Of a stretch of DNA of 64,000 bases, positions 1-10,149 are shown piece by piece (position 1 is the stretch's first letter; every line of letters begins with the position of its first letter). Both the position numbers and the translations under genes were made by a program. A model generated the notes under the pieces. The model was given only the letters and a program-made list of their open reading frames with translations, was not told where the DNA came from and made no database searches. The stretch is from Terriglobia bacterium (GTDB lineage Bacteria > Acidobacteriota > Terriglobia > JAJPHL01 > JAPKYU01), in contig CBDCVK010000002.1 of the NCBI GenBank assembly GCA_965223005.1, positions 416,001-480,000 on the forward strand, read 5' to 3'.

Positions 1-56
1 TGCACTTTCCGCGTCGCAACTCTGGCCGCGCCGCAAGTCCGGCACTCCGCGCTGCT

Positions 57-512
57 ATGAAATGTCCGTTTTGCGGGTACCTGGAAGACAAGGTCGTGGA
101 TTCGCGCGAAAGCAAGGAGGGCGAAGCCATCCGCCGCCGCCGGGAGTGTCTCCAGTGCCAGCGCCGCTTCACCACCTACGAGCGTATTGACGAAATCCCC
201 TACATGGTGGTGAAGAAGGACGGGCGCCGGGAGAAGTTCGACCGGCAGAAGGTGCTGGCCGCCCTGCTGCGAGCCTCGGAGAAGCGCCCGGTCAGCATGG
301 GCAAGCTGGAGAACATCGTCAACGAGGCGGAAGCGCTGGTCATCGAATCGCCCGACCGGGAGCGCTCCACCTCAGAAATCGGCGAGTTGCTGATGGATCG
401 CCTGAAGAAGCTCGACAAGGTGGCTTACGTGCGCTTCGCTTCCGTCTACCTGGACTTCAAGGACATTCGCGAATTTATGACCGAACTGAAGGATCTCCTG
501 AAGACCAAGTAA
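57..512 (+). CDS. nrdR: Transcriptional repressor NrdR
   Basis: MKCPFC...RRRRECLQC Zn ribbon, RFTTYE motif and ATP-cone ([15 protein letters not shown]...YVRFASVY). Confidence 0.98.
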   Translation: MKCPFCGYLEDKVVDSRESKEGEAIRRRRECLQCQRRFTTYERIDEIPYMVVKKDGRREKFDRQKVLAALLRASEKRPVSMGKLENIVNEAEALVIESPDRERSTSEIGELLMDRLKKLDKVAYVRFASVYLDFKDIREFMTELKDLLKTK

Positions 513-551
513 GAGCCAGTCTGTTTCCCGCGTTAGCTACAAATGGAAGCG

Positions 552-590
552 GGCCGCGAGAGGACGCGCCGTGACGCATTCTCTCGGGCC
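552..590. terminator. Hairpin between convergent nrdR and peptidase genes
   Basis: GGCCGCGAGAG...CTCTCGGGCC inverted repeat; no clear U-tract. Confidence 0.35.
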
Positions 591-2066
591 TGGCAAGGAA
601 TACCTACTACTCACCCTTACAGGTCTTATTGCCTGACTTGCCCTTGCACTTATTCGAGCAGCACTGGTTGTCGAACTCACAGTCCGCGCCGGCTGGCAGG
701 AGAGTGCAGGCGCCGCCGGGTTCGTTCACCGTGACTGTAGTGTTTTTCGTGTCATTACCCGCATTATCGTCGCCGAAATTGTGGCTGGCCTCCAGAGTGT
801 GATTACCTGGAGTGGTGCTGAGCGTGGTAGCCCAGCTAAAGTTAAGTACGGTGGAAGCGCCGGCGTTCAGCGCGCCAGTCGGTTTGGTGTCGATGATTGT
901 CCCCTCGTCCTTGAGAGTCACATCCACACTGCCCACATCCTGGTTTCCGACGTTCTCCACGGTTACATCGACGGAGACCGGATCCCCCTGGACCACCGTG
1001 CTGGGTGTAGCGGTCACCGAAGTGATGACGATGTCAGTGACAGGCCCCGTCGGACCCACGCCGACCGCGACCCAGGCATCGGTGGTGGAGTCCAACTGCT
1101 GGGAGGCCGCGCCAAACATCGAACTGGCTACTGCTTCGGTGGCAGCACGGGCATCTGCCATCGTAGCGTTCGAGGACAATCCAATGAATGCCGGGAAGAA
1201 GATCTTCTCGGCGTCCGGCAAATCAATGCCCGCAACCGCGATCTCAGAGCCAGTGCAATGAGCCGAGTTGTGGGTCCCGGGAATAGCACAACTGGCATTG
1301 AGTCCGCCGTTCACCAGCAAGTAGTAGGCGTGGTTGGGGATGCCGCTGTTGGTGTGTACACCCCCGTTGTCGCCGCCGCCAACCTGGCGCTCGCTATAGT
1401 GGTCAGGATCCCCGTCTTCCTCCGGGTCAGCCATGTTGCGGTCGCCAGCAGCGCTGTCCGCGGGAAGGTAGATGTCCTCCCCGACCAACCAGTCCGCGGA
1501 TACGGTGGGATCCAGCCCGTTATCCTGGGCGTAGAACTCGGCGCTGTTGCCGAGGATATCGGAGAACGACTCGTTTAGAGCGCCCGACTCATTCAGGTAG
1601 ATCAGGCCGGAGGAACAGTCGGTTACTCCGTGCGTGGCCTCGTGGGCCACCACGTCGAGTCCACCGCTTAGCTGCCGGAATAGCGTGCCATCCCCGTCAC
1701 CGTAGAGGAGGAAGGCTCCGGTCCAATGCGCGTTGTTGTAATTCCTCAGGTAATGGGCAACCGACTCCATCGCCGGGTAACCGCAGTCTGCAATCCAATC
1801 CAACCCAAGGCCAAGTAAGTAATCGTCGGTCACCTTGGCGTAGTACTGGGCGTCGATCAAGGCCGGCTGGCCGGGTGACCGCCGGTTGTTCTTTACGAGG
1901 TTCCAGTGGTTGTCCGCGTCGGTGACGTAGTAGATATTGGGGTCCCTATTGCGGTAGTCGTAGGTTTTCTGGAGAGTGTCTCACCTTTAGTTGAAAGTCG
2001 AGCGGCGGTTCGCTGACCTGGTTCCGTAGAATCGGGTTGGGAAACTTTCTGGAAAGGGGAACCGCC

Positions 2067-3356
2067 GTGCAGAGAAGCTACCACATCCTAGGCCGGAGCG
2101 ATAGCCGAAGCTCCCGCAAACTGGCTGCCTACCTGGCTCGCCACGGGCAGTTTCTGCTGCCCTGGGTGGAGTTGATCGAACAATCGCGGTTAGCCGTCGA
2201 CGAGCTGATCGACGTGGTGGGTAGGGCGGCGATTGAAGCGGTGCTGGAGTTGTCGGCCGCGCAGGTGGCCGGTCCACGCCGTCAGGGCCGGCGGCGCCGT
2301 GGGGTAGGCTGGTATGGGCGCCAGCGGGGACGGGTGCGCCTGAAGGAGAGAAAGCTGGCCGTGCACAGGCCACGGCTCCGGCGGCCAGGCCGGGGAGCGG
2401 GGAAAGAAGTTCCCCTCCCGGCCTACGAAGCCATGCAGGAGGGCGAGGGTCTGGGGGCCCGGATGTTGGATATCTTGCTGCGGGGCGTCTCGACCCGGCA
2501 GTACCAGCGGGTGTTGCCGGAGATGGCGGACACCGTGGGTGTGTCGCGCTCCACGGTCAGCCGGGAAACGATGGAGGCTGCCGCAGCCGAGTTAGAACGT
2601 CTGTTGAACCGCCGCTTCGAGGAAGTAGAGTTGCTGATCCTCTACATCGACGGGATGGTGTTTGGCGACCATCACGTGATTGCGGCTGTGGGCGTGGATG
2701 CGGAAGGGCACAAGCACGTGCTGGGGATTCAGGAGGGGGCTACGGAGAACGCCGCGGCCGTCCAGGACTTGCTGGAAGGTTTAGTGCGGCGAGGGGTGCA
2801 GCCGGCCCAGAAACGGCTGTTTGTGATCGACGGCTCGAAGGCCTTGCGGGCGGCGATCCGCGCCGTGTTCGGGGCCGAGCAGCCGGTGCAGCGCTGCCGC
2901 GCCCACAAGTTGCGCAACGTCCTGGACCGGTTGCCGGAGCCAGAGCGGGACCAGGTGCGGGCGGCGATGCGGGCCGCCTGGCGGTTGGATCCGAAGACCG
3001 GCAGGGCCAAGCTGGAGAAGTTGGCCCAATGGTTGGAGCGAGATTGTCCGGCCGCGGCGGCCAGCTTGCGGGAGGGTCTGGAGGAATGTTTCACCATCAA
3101 CCGGCTGGGGCTTCCGGCTTCGCTGCATCGCTGTCTGGCCACCACCAATCTCATCGAGAGTCCGCAGGCGGGAGTGAGGTTGCGAACTCGCCGGGTGTGC
3201 CGCTGGCGGGATGCGGCCATGGTCCAGCGCTGGGTCGCCTCCAGCTTCCTGGCCACGGAGAAAAACTTCCGCCGCCTGATGGGGTACCAGGACCTGTGGA
3301 TGTTGAAAGCGATCCTCGAAGGATCAAAGTCGGCCACTCGACGGGAGGTGGCGTAG
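2067..3356 (+). CDS. IS256 (Mutator-like) DDE transposase
   Basis: GVSTR, YIDG, IDGSKAL, QRCRAH (CxxH) and TTNLIES motifs; GTG start at 2067 after a purine-rich RBS. Confidence 0.95.
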   Translation: MQRSYHILGRSDSRSSRKLAAYLARHGQFLLPWVELIEQSRLAVDELIDVVGRAAIEAVLELSAAQVAGPRRQGRRRRGVGWYGRQRGRVRLKERKLAVHRPRLRRPGRGAGKEVPLPAYEAMQEGEGLGARMLDILLRGVSTRQYQRVLPEMADTVGVSRSTVSRETMEAAAAELERLLNRRFEEVELLILYIDGMVFGDHHVIAAVGVDAEGHKHVLGIQEGATENAAAVQDLLEGLVRRGVQPAQKRLFVIDGSKALRAAIRAVFGAEQPVQRCRAHKLRNVLDRLPEPERDQVRAAMRAAWRLDPKTGRAKLEKLAQWLERDCPAAAASLREGLEECFTINRLGLPASLHRCLATTNLIESPQAGVRLRTRRVCRWRDAAMVQRWVASSFLATEKNFRRLMGYQDLWMLKAILEGSKSATRREVA

Positions 3357-3410
3357 TATGATGGCTCCGAACCGCCGCTACGAACTTTCAACTGAGTTCA
3401 GGACACCCTC

Positions 3411-4024
3411 GGGGATTCAGGAGGGGGCTACGGAGAACGCCGCGGCCGTCCAGGACTTGCTGGAAGGTTTAGTGCGGCGAGGGGTGCAGCCAGCCCAGAC
3501 GGCTGTTTGTGATCGACGGCTCGGCCTTCGATCCGCGCCGTGTTCGGGGCCGAGCAGCCGGTGCAGCGCTGCCGCGCCCACAAGTTGCGCAACGTCCTAG
3601 TTGCCGGAGCCAGAGCGGGACCAGGTGCGGGCGGCGATGCGGGCCGCCTGGCGGACCCAGGGAGCTGGAGAAGTTGGCCCAATGGTTGGAGCGAGATTGT
3701 CGCTTGCGGGAGGGTCTGGAGGAATGTTTCACCATCAACCGGCTGGGGCTTCCGGCTTCGCTGCATCGCTGTCGCCACCACCAATCTCATCGAGAGTCCG
3801 CAGGCGGGAGTGAGGTTGCGAACTCGCCGGGTGTGCCGCTGGCGGGATGCGGCCATGTCCAGCGCTGGGTCGCCTCCAGCTGGCCACGGAGAAAAACTTC
3901 CGCCGCCTGATGGGGTACCAGGACCTGTGGATGTTGAAAGCGATCCTCGAAGGATCAAAGTATGGCGTAGTATGATGGCTCCGAACCGCCGCTACGAACT
4001 TTCAACTGAGTTCAGGACACCCTC
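3411..4024 (+). repeat. Degenerate tandem copy of IS segment 2723-3410
   Basis: Colinear copy starting GGGGATTCAGGAGGGGGCTAC; 614 bp versus 688 bp; many short deletions, few substitutions. Confidence 0.93.
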
Positions 4025-4777
4025 GTTTTCTGTCGATTGTCGGTCTTTAGAATTTGGCCATTGGCGGCATCGATCCAGTGGAACCAGCGGCTGGCGAAGC
4101 TCCGAGTCTCCACCCGGTAGAAATAGCGGCCAGTTGTGGGGTTGATCAAAAGGTCGACCTTCCGCTGCCCCCCGGGCCCGAGGTCGCGATCCACAACTCG
4201 CCGGGCGCTGGCTTGCGTGAGGCCTACTGCGCCGGTGGGAACGATGTTGGGATAGTGAGCGCCGATCACCGTGGTGATGTTGCCGCCGTTATCCCTGTAC
4301 AGCGTAATCTGCCCACCTAAGACCTCAGCTCCCCCTGCTCCGAAGACCTGCTGATAACGCTCATAGGTGAGAAAATAGCGGGAGAGGTGGAACGTCTTTA
4401 CCAATTGCATGTCGCCGGGCACGGAAAAAGCGGCGGCTTTCTGTCCGCTCAGAGCCCGGAAGCCGCTGGCGTCCGGCCCCCCCTGCGCAACGGTCGTAGC
4501 TGGCAGGCCCAGCAGTAGGGCCATGACGAGCACTGCCGGGAGCCTAAGCGTGGCCTTCTTCATGAGATGCTATCTCCAGTTCTGGGGGGGGACTGTATAG
4601 TGTTGCCGATTCTATCGAGAATCCGCATTCTTGTCGATGTCGGGGCTATCCAGTTGTTGCTAAAGTGAAATTACTATCATCCCCGGGCTAATTCCGTCAA
4701 TGGTACCAAGGGGCCAGCAGTACTCCCAAGTAGTGCTCTCCCTTTTCCAGAGTGAAGGCGGGAAGCCCGAGGAATGG

Positions 4778-6208
4778 CTAGCGCAGCATCTCAGCCGAAG
4801 CCCTGGCAAACCGCAACACCAGGCCGGGGAAGATGCCCAAATAAAAAGTAGCCACCGCGGTCAAGCCCAGCACGAAGCTGATGCTGCCGGGGACGCGCTC
4901 GACTGGCGCCTCGGTGATCGGTTCGCGCATGTACATGACCACCACCACGCGCAGGTAGTAATAGGCGGCGATGGCGCTGTTGAGCACGCCCAAAACGGTG
5001 AGCCCCACCAGATCAGCATTGAGCGCGGCGCGGAAAATGTAGAACTTGCCAAAGAAGCCGCCGGTCAGCGGGATGCCAATCAGCGACAGCAAAAAAATGG
5101 TGAGCACAGCAGCCAGCGCCGGATGGCGGTGGCCCAGCCCCGTGTAGTCCTCGATGGTGGTGTAGCGCTCGCGCTCGCTGCCGAAGTGGCTCACCACCGC
5201 GAAGGCGCCCACGTTCATGGCGCAGTAGGCGGCCAGGTAGAACAGGACCGCGGCCACCCCCAGCTCCGAGCGCGCAGCGAAAGCCACCAGCATGTAGCCG
5301 GCATGGGCGATTGAGGAGTAGGCCAGCATGCGCTTGATGTTGCTTTGCACCAGCGCCGCCAGGTTACCCACGAACATGGAGAGCACGGCCGAGATCCACA
5401 ACAGCCAGAACCAACCCCCGGCCGGCTCCAGCGCCGTCAGAAACACGCGCAGGAACACGGCGAAAGCAGCAGCCTTCGGCCCGGCTGACATGAAGGCGGT
5501 GACCGGGGTGGGCGAGCCTTCATACACGTCCGGGGTCCAGACGTGGAACGGAGCGCTGGCCACCTTGAAGCCGAAGCCGACGAACATGAGCGCCGTCGCT
5601 ACGGCTACCAGCGGGCCCGCGCCCTGGCTCTCCAGTGACGCGCGGATGCCTGTCAGGTAGGTGGTGCCGGTAGCGCCGAAAATCAGGGCGATGCCGTACA
5701 GCAGGAAGGCGGTGGCAAACGAGCCCAGCAGGAAATATTTCAGCGCCGCCTCGCTGGACTTGGCCTCACCGGGGCGGAACCCGGCCAGGATGTAGGTGGC
5801 GATCGAGGAAATCTCCAGGCCCAGAAAGATCGTGATCAGCTCCACCGAGGCTGCCATCAGACACTGGCCGACAATCGAGAGCAGCACCAGCGCGTAATAT
5901 TCGCCGTGGTGGATCGCGTCGCGCTCCAGGTACTGGAAGGAGGAGAAGACCACCAGAATGCCGATCAGGATGAACAGGACGCGGAAGAAGATGGCGAACC
6001 AGTCGTTGACGATCTGGTCGCTGAAAGCCGGCCCCAAATAGCCCGTCTGTACGACTGCTCCGACCAGCGCCGCCAGCAGCCCGACCACGGCCACGTAGCC
6101 TAGCTTGCGCTTCTGGCGCACAAACGGCTCGGCCAGCATGATGGCGATGCCGAACACCGCCAGGACGGCTTCGGGCAGCAGGCGCAGAAGTTGGAGGCCG
6201 TAGTCCAT
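4778..6208 (-). CDS. nuoN: NADH-quinone oxidoreductase subunit N
   Basis: Antiporter-like subunit: EAALKYFLLGS, FKVASAPFHVWTPDVYEG, KRMLAYSSIAH. Confidence 0.97.
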   Translation of the reverse strand: MDYGLQLLRLLPEAVLAVFGIAIMLAEPFVRQKRKLGYVAVVGLLAALVGAVVQTGYLGPAFSDQIVNDWFAIFFRVLFILIGILVVFSSFQYLERDAIHHGEYYALVLLSIVGQCLMAASVELITIFLGLEISSIATYILAGFRPGEAKSSEAALKYFLLGSFATAFLLYGIALIFGATGTTYLTGIRASLESQGAGPLVAVATALMFVGFGFKVASAPFHVWTPDVYEGSPTPVTAFMSAGPKAAAFAVFLRVFLTALEPAGGWFWLLWISAVLSMFVGNLAALVQSNIKRMLAYSSIAHAGYMLVAFAARSELGVAAVLFYLAAYCAMNVGAFAVVSHFGSERERYTTIEDYTGLGHRHPALAAVLTIFLLSLIGIPLTGGFFGKFYIFRAALNADLVGLTVLGVLNSAIAAYYYLRVVVVMYMREPITEAPVERVPGSISFVLGLTAVATFYLGIFPGLVLRFARASAEMLR

Positions 6209-6210
6209 GT

Positions 6211-7815
6211 TCAGCGCTTCAATGTCTCAACTGCGGGCTCAACCGCTGGCTCAACTGCTGGCTCAACTGCTTGCTCAACCGCCGGCCCAACTGCCGGCTC
6301 AATCGGCAATGAATCAAGCAATAAAACGTGGTGACGCCCCGCATCGGCTTCTTTCAGAATCCGCTTGGTAGCGCCATCCATCTTGTTCATGAACATCGGC
6401 GAAGCGATCCCCATCCACAGCATCAATGCCAAAGCTGGCACCAGGACGAATTTTTCACGCAGGCTGGCGTCCGGCAGCGTCCGGTTCGCTTCCAGGGTGA
6501 CCTCGCCAAAGAAGACCCGCTGGTACATCCACAGCATGTAAGCAGCCGCCAAAATTACCCCAACGGCGGCCACGTAAGCGTAAAGCGGGCGCGCCTGGTA
6601 GGCGCCCAACAGCACCAGGAACTCGCCGACAAAGTTGTTGAGCATCGGCAGGCCGATGCTGGACAGCGTCGTGAACAGGAAGAAGCTGGAGAGCACCGGG
6701 AGGGGCGTGGCTAGGCCCCCAAACTCGCTGATCAGATGCGTGTGGCGCCGGTCGTAGAGCATGCCCGCCAGCAAGAACAGAGCGCCGGTCGAGACGCCGT
6801 GGTTCAGCATCTGGTAAACGGCGCCATCCAGCGCCTGTTGGTTGAAAGAGAAAATGCCTAGCACCACAAATCCCAGGTGGCTCACCGAACTATAGGCCAC
6901 CAACTTCTTCAGGTCGGGCTGCACCATGGCTACCAGCGCGCCGTAGATGATGCCGATCAGCGCGAGAACAACAATGGGCATAGCGAGCGCGCGTGAGGCT
7001 TCCGGGAGCAACGGCAAGCAGAAACGAGCCAGCCCGTAGGTGCCCATCTTCAGCAGCACCCCAGCCAGAATCACCGACCCGGCCGTGGGCGCTTCCACGT
7101 GCGCGTCCGGTAGCCACGTGTGTAGCGGAAACAGCGGAACCTTGATGGCGAAGGCCAGGAAAAACGCCAGGAACAGCCAGACCTGTTGCGAGCCCTGTAA
7201 GAGGAACTCGCCCTCCTGCATCCCGTCTAGAATCGTCGGGAGATCAAAAGTGCCGGTTGCGTTGTACAACCAGATGATGGCCACCAGCATCAGCACCGAG
7301 CCGGCGAAGGTGAACAGGAAGAATTTCACCGCCGCATAAACTCGCCGCTCGTGCCCCCACACCCCGATGATGAAGTACATGGGCACCAGCGAGACTTCCC
7401 AGAAGACGTAGAACAGAAACAGGTCCAGGGAAGCAAACACCCCGATCATGCCCGTCTCCAGAACCAGCAACAGAAAGAAGAACTCCTTCACCCGGGACTG
7501 GATCGAGCGCCAGGAAGCCAGCATGGAGATCGGGGTGAGGAAGGTGACCAACAGCACCAGCCAGAGGCTGAGGCCGTCCAATGCGATGTGGAAACGGATG
7601 GGCGGCGAAGCGATCCATGAGCGGTTCACTTCAAACTGCCAGCCCGCGTCCCCCGCTGTAAAATGAACGGCCAAGGGTAGCGAAAGCAGGAAGGTGAGCA
7701 GCGCGGCGCCGAGGGACAGCCGGCGGACCAGTTCCTTTTCACGGCCGGGCACGGCCAGCAGGGCCAGCGCGGCAGCCGCCGGTAGGAACAAGACTGTGAC
7801 CAGAAGCCAGCTCAT
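6211..7815 (-). CDS. nuoM: NADH-quinone oxidoreductase subunit M
   Basis: FYVFWE, KVPLFPLHTWLPDAHVEAP, DLKKLVAYSSVSH. Confidence 0.97.
   Translation of the reverse strand: MSWLLVTVLFLPAAAALALLAVPGREKELVRRLSLGAALLTFLLSLPLAVHFTAGDAGWQFEVNRSWIASPPIRFHIALDGLSLWLVLLVTFLTPISMLASWRSIQSRVKEFFFLLLVLETGMIGVFASLDLFLFYVFWEVSLVPMYFIIGVWGHERRVYAAVKFFLFTFAGSVLMLVAIIWLYNATGTFDLPTILDGMQEGEFLLQGSQQVWLFLAFFLAFAIKVPLFPLHTWLPDAHVEAPTAGSVILAGVLLKMGTYGLARFCLPLLPEASRALAMPIVVLALIGIIYGALVAMVQPDLKKLVAYSSVSHLGFVVLGIFSFNQQALDGAVYQMLNHGVSTGALFLLAGMLYDRRHTHLISEFGGLATPLPVLSSFFLFTTLSSIGLPMLNNFVGEFLVLLGAYQARPLYAYVAAVGVILAAAYMLWMYQRVFFGEVTLEANRTLPDASLREKFVLVPALALMLWMGIASPMFMNKMDGATKRILKEADAGRHHVLLLDSLPIEPAVGPAVEQAVEPAVEPAVEPAVETLKR
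6227..6302 (-). repeat. 12-bp tandem repeat (about 6 units) encoding a PAVE tail on NuoM
   Basis: TCAAC(T/C)GC(T/G/C)(G/T)GC units; protein EPAVGPAVEQAVEPAVEPAVEPAVE. Confidence 0.9.
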
Positions 7816-7816
7816 C

Positions 7817-9763
7817 CTATCTCGCCCACAAGCTCATAAAGCTGATAACGGCCAGCACGCCGATCACAACCCAGCCGGCGTAGCTGCGGATGTTGCCTGA
7901 CTGCACGCGCCGCACCGAAGCGCCCAGGCCGCGAGTACTGCTGGCCAAGCCATTCACCGCCCCGTCAATCACGGCCACATCCATGACCCGCCACAGGAAC
8001 CGGGTCGAGCCCACGACGAGAGGCCTCACGATGGCAGCCTGGTAGGCTTCATCTACGTAGTACTTGTTCAGCACCAGGCTGTAGAGCCTACCGGCGGCAT
8101 CGGCGGCACGCTGCGCCAGCGCCGGCCGCCGCACGTAAAGCAGGTAGGCCAGGCCAATGCCGGAGAGCCCGACCAGGATCGCCACCACCGTCAGCATCCG
8201 TTCCAGCCCGAGATGCTCGCCTGCCGCGGCCGCCGGAATCGCGCCGGCCGAAGTGCGGAAGACCGGCTCCAGAAAAGCTTCGAAGCGGTTGTGGCCGCCC
8301 AGGGCGTGCGGCCAGCCGATCCAGCCGCCAATCACCGAGAGCACTCCCAGGATCATCAGCGGCACGGTCATCGCTGGCGGCGACTCGTGGGGGTGGTGCG
8401 CGGCCTCGCTGCGCGCCTCCCCGTGGAACGTCAGGAAAAAGAGGCGGAAGACGTAGAACGCGGTCATCCCAGCGGTCACCGCACCCAGCAGCCAGAGAGC
8501 CCAATGCCCGTAGGCAGAAGCCGCCGGGGTGGTCTTCCACAGAATTTCGTCTTTGCTGAAGAAGCCGGCCGTCAGTGGGAAGCCCGAGATCGCCAGCGAG
8601 GCGGCCAGGAAGCTCCAGTAGGTGTAAGGCACAAAGCGCTTGAGCCCTCCCATGCGGCGGAGGTCTTGCTCGCCCCCCACTGCGTGAATGACGCTGCCTG
8701 CGCCCAGGAACAGCAGCGCCTTAAAAAAGGCGTGGGTAATCAGGTGGAAGATGCCGGCGCCGAAGGCAGCCACGCCGCAGGCCAGGAACATGTAGCCAAG
8801 CTGGCTGATGGTGGAGTAGGCCAGGACGCGCTTGATATCTGTCTGCACCAGTCCGATGGTTGCGGCAAAGAGCGCGGTCAGGCAGCCGATGAGGGCGACG
8901 GCAAATAAAGCCAGCGGCGCGTGCGTGAACAGCACGTGGGAGCGCGCGACCATGTAGACGCCGGCGGTCACCATGGTGGCGGCGTGAATCAGCGCGCTGA
9001 CCGGCGTGGGGCCCTCCATGGCGTCCGGCAGCCAGACGTAGAGTGGCAGCTGCGCCGACTTGCCGGTAGCCCCCACCAGCAGCAGCAGGCAAATCGCGGT
9101 GAGCATCCCTGGCGCGGCCACCGATTCCACTGGCATCTCTGCGGCCTGCCGAAAAACCCAGTCAAAATCCAGGCTGCCCAGTAGCCAGAACATGGTAATG
9201 AGCGCCAGGATGAAGCCGAAGTCGCCCACCCGGTTGACGAGGAACGCCTTCTTGCCGGCGTCGGCCGCAGATTTTCGAATGAAGAAAAAGCCGATCAAAA
9301 GGTAGGAGCACAGACCCACGCCTTCCCAACCGACGAACATCAGCAGGTAATTGCTGGCCAGGATCAGCGTGAGCATAAAAAACATGAACAGGTTCAGGTA
9401 GGCAAAGAAGCGGTAGTAGCCCTCTTCGTGCGCCATGTAGCCCACTGAGTAGATGTGGATGAGCAAACCCACGCCGGTCACCATCAGCATCATCACTGCG
9501 GAAAGCTGGTCGAGGTAGAGGGAAAAGTCCACCCGGAAGGCGCCGGCCACAATCCAGGTCGTGAGCCGTTCCAGTTCGGGTGTCGGATTTGGCTCGTACC
9601 AGAGGAAAAAGGTGCGGAAGGCCCAAACGCAGGAGAGGGCGGCGCTGCCGACGCCGACCGTGCTGACGAAGCGGCGGGAACGGCTGCGGCCAAGCAGGCC
9701 GTTTACAACCGCACCTAGCAGGGGCAGCAGCGGGATCAGCCAGAGGTGGTAAGAACCGGGCAA
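7817..9763 (-). CDS. nuoL: NADH-quinone oxidoreductase subunit L
   Basis: GKSAQLPLYVWLPDAMEGPTPVSALIHAATMV, HAFFKALLFL, long C-terminal helix. Confidence 0.97.
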   Translation of the reverse strand: MPGSYHLWLIPLLPLLGAVVNGLLGRSRSRRFVSTVGVGSAALSCVWAFRTFFLWYEPNPTPELERLTTWIVAGAFRVDFSLYLDQLSAVMMLMVTGVGLLIHIYSVGYMAHEEGYYRFFAYLNLFMFFMLTLILASNYLLMFVGWEGVGLCSYLLIGFFFIRKSAADAGKKAFLVNRVGDFGFILALITMFWLLGSLDFDWVFRQAAEMPVESVAAPGMLTAICLLLLVGATGKSAQLPLYVWLPDAMEGPTPVSALIHAATMVTAGVYMVARSHVLFTHAPLALFAVALIGCLTALFAATIGLVQTDIKRVLAYSTISQLGYMFLACGVAAFGAGIFHLITHAFFKALLFLGAGSVIHAVGGEQDLRRMGGLKRFVPYTYWSFLAASLAISGFPLTAGFFSKDEILWKTTPAASAYGHWALWLLGAVTAGMTAFYVFRLFFLTFHGEARSEAAHHPHESPPAMTVPLMILGVLSVIGGWIGWPHALGGHNRFEAFLEPVFRTSAGAIPAAAAGEHLGLERMLTVVAILVGLSGIGLAYLLYVRRPALAQRAADAAGRLYSLVLNKYYVDEAYQAAIVRPLVVGSTRFLWRVMDVAVIDGAVNGLASSTRGLGASVRRVQSGNIRSYAGWVVIGVLAVISFMSLWAR

Positions 9764-9784
9764 ACTCTTTGTTGCCTCTTCCGT

Positions 9785-9834
9785 GTAACGGCAAGCCTTA
9801 GCCTGCCGGATGGCGCCCTGAAGGCCGCCACCCC
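9785..9834. repeat. REP-like (GTAG-type) palindromic element, degenerate
   Basis: GTAACGGCAAGCCTTAGCCTGCC...GGCGCCCTGAAGGCCGCC aligns with the reverse complement of 16135-16188. Confidence 0.7.
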
Positions 9835-9835
9835 G

Positions 9836-10138
9836 TCAGAACTTCATCATCTCCAGATCGTCTACATTCAGCGAGTCGCGGTTGCGGAACACGGTGATGA
9901 TGATCGCCAGACCGACCGCAGCCTCGGCGGCGGCCACCACCATGACGAAGAACACAAAGACCTGGCCGCTGAGCTCCTCCAGCAGGTAAGAAAAGGCGAC
10001 GAAGCTGAGGTTTACCGCGTTCAGCATCAGCTCAATGGACATGAAAATGGTGATGATATTGCGCTTGAACAGAAATCCCGCCACCCCCAGCGCGAACAAC
10101 ACGGCGCTCAGCAGCAGGTACCAGGAGATGGGCACCAT
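9836..10138 (-). CDS. nuoK: NADH-quinone oxidoreductase subunit K
   Basis: [22 protein letters not shown]. Confidence 0.97.
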   Translation of the reverse strand: MVPISWYLLLSAVLFALGVAGFLFKRNIITIFMSIELMLNAVNLSFVAFSYLLEELSGQVFVFFVMVVAAAEAAVGLAIIITVFRNRDSLNVDDLEMMKF

Positions 10139-10149
10139 CAGCGTTTCCT

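Larger units (their letters stand above)
1972..4024 (+). mobile_element. IS256-family element (core 1972-3410) plus duplicated 3' portion; 8-bp TSD GTTTTCTG at 1964-1971 and 4025-4032
   Basis: Left IR GAGAGTGTCTCACCTTTAGTTGAAAGTCGAGCGGCGGTTCG imperfectly matches the reverse complement of the right IR ending ...TTTCAACTGAGTTCAGGACACCCTC at 3410 and again at 4024. Confidence 0.95.
607..4563 (-). pseudogene. M4 (thermolysin-family) metallopeptidase with CARDB/Ig-like and Cys-rich C-terminal domains, interrupted by IS256
   Basis: N-part 4563-4025 has a signal peptide and FTP/PepSY-like propeptide (WIDAANGQIL); C-part has VVAHEATH, ESGALNESFSD and GGVHTNSGIPN. Removing the IS plus one TSD gives one in-frame ORF of 1896 nt (631 aa). 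Confidence 0.92.

Noticed and set aside
781-1578. Long antisense/shadow ORFs (also 13066-14154, 18245-19282, 35427-36329 and others)
   Set aside because: They lie opposite well-supported genes and are expected from high-GC codon bias
3358-4145. Several ORFs in the duplicated IS segment
   Set aside because: Frameshifted fragments of the transposase copy
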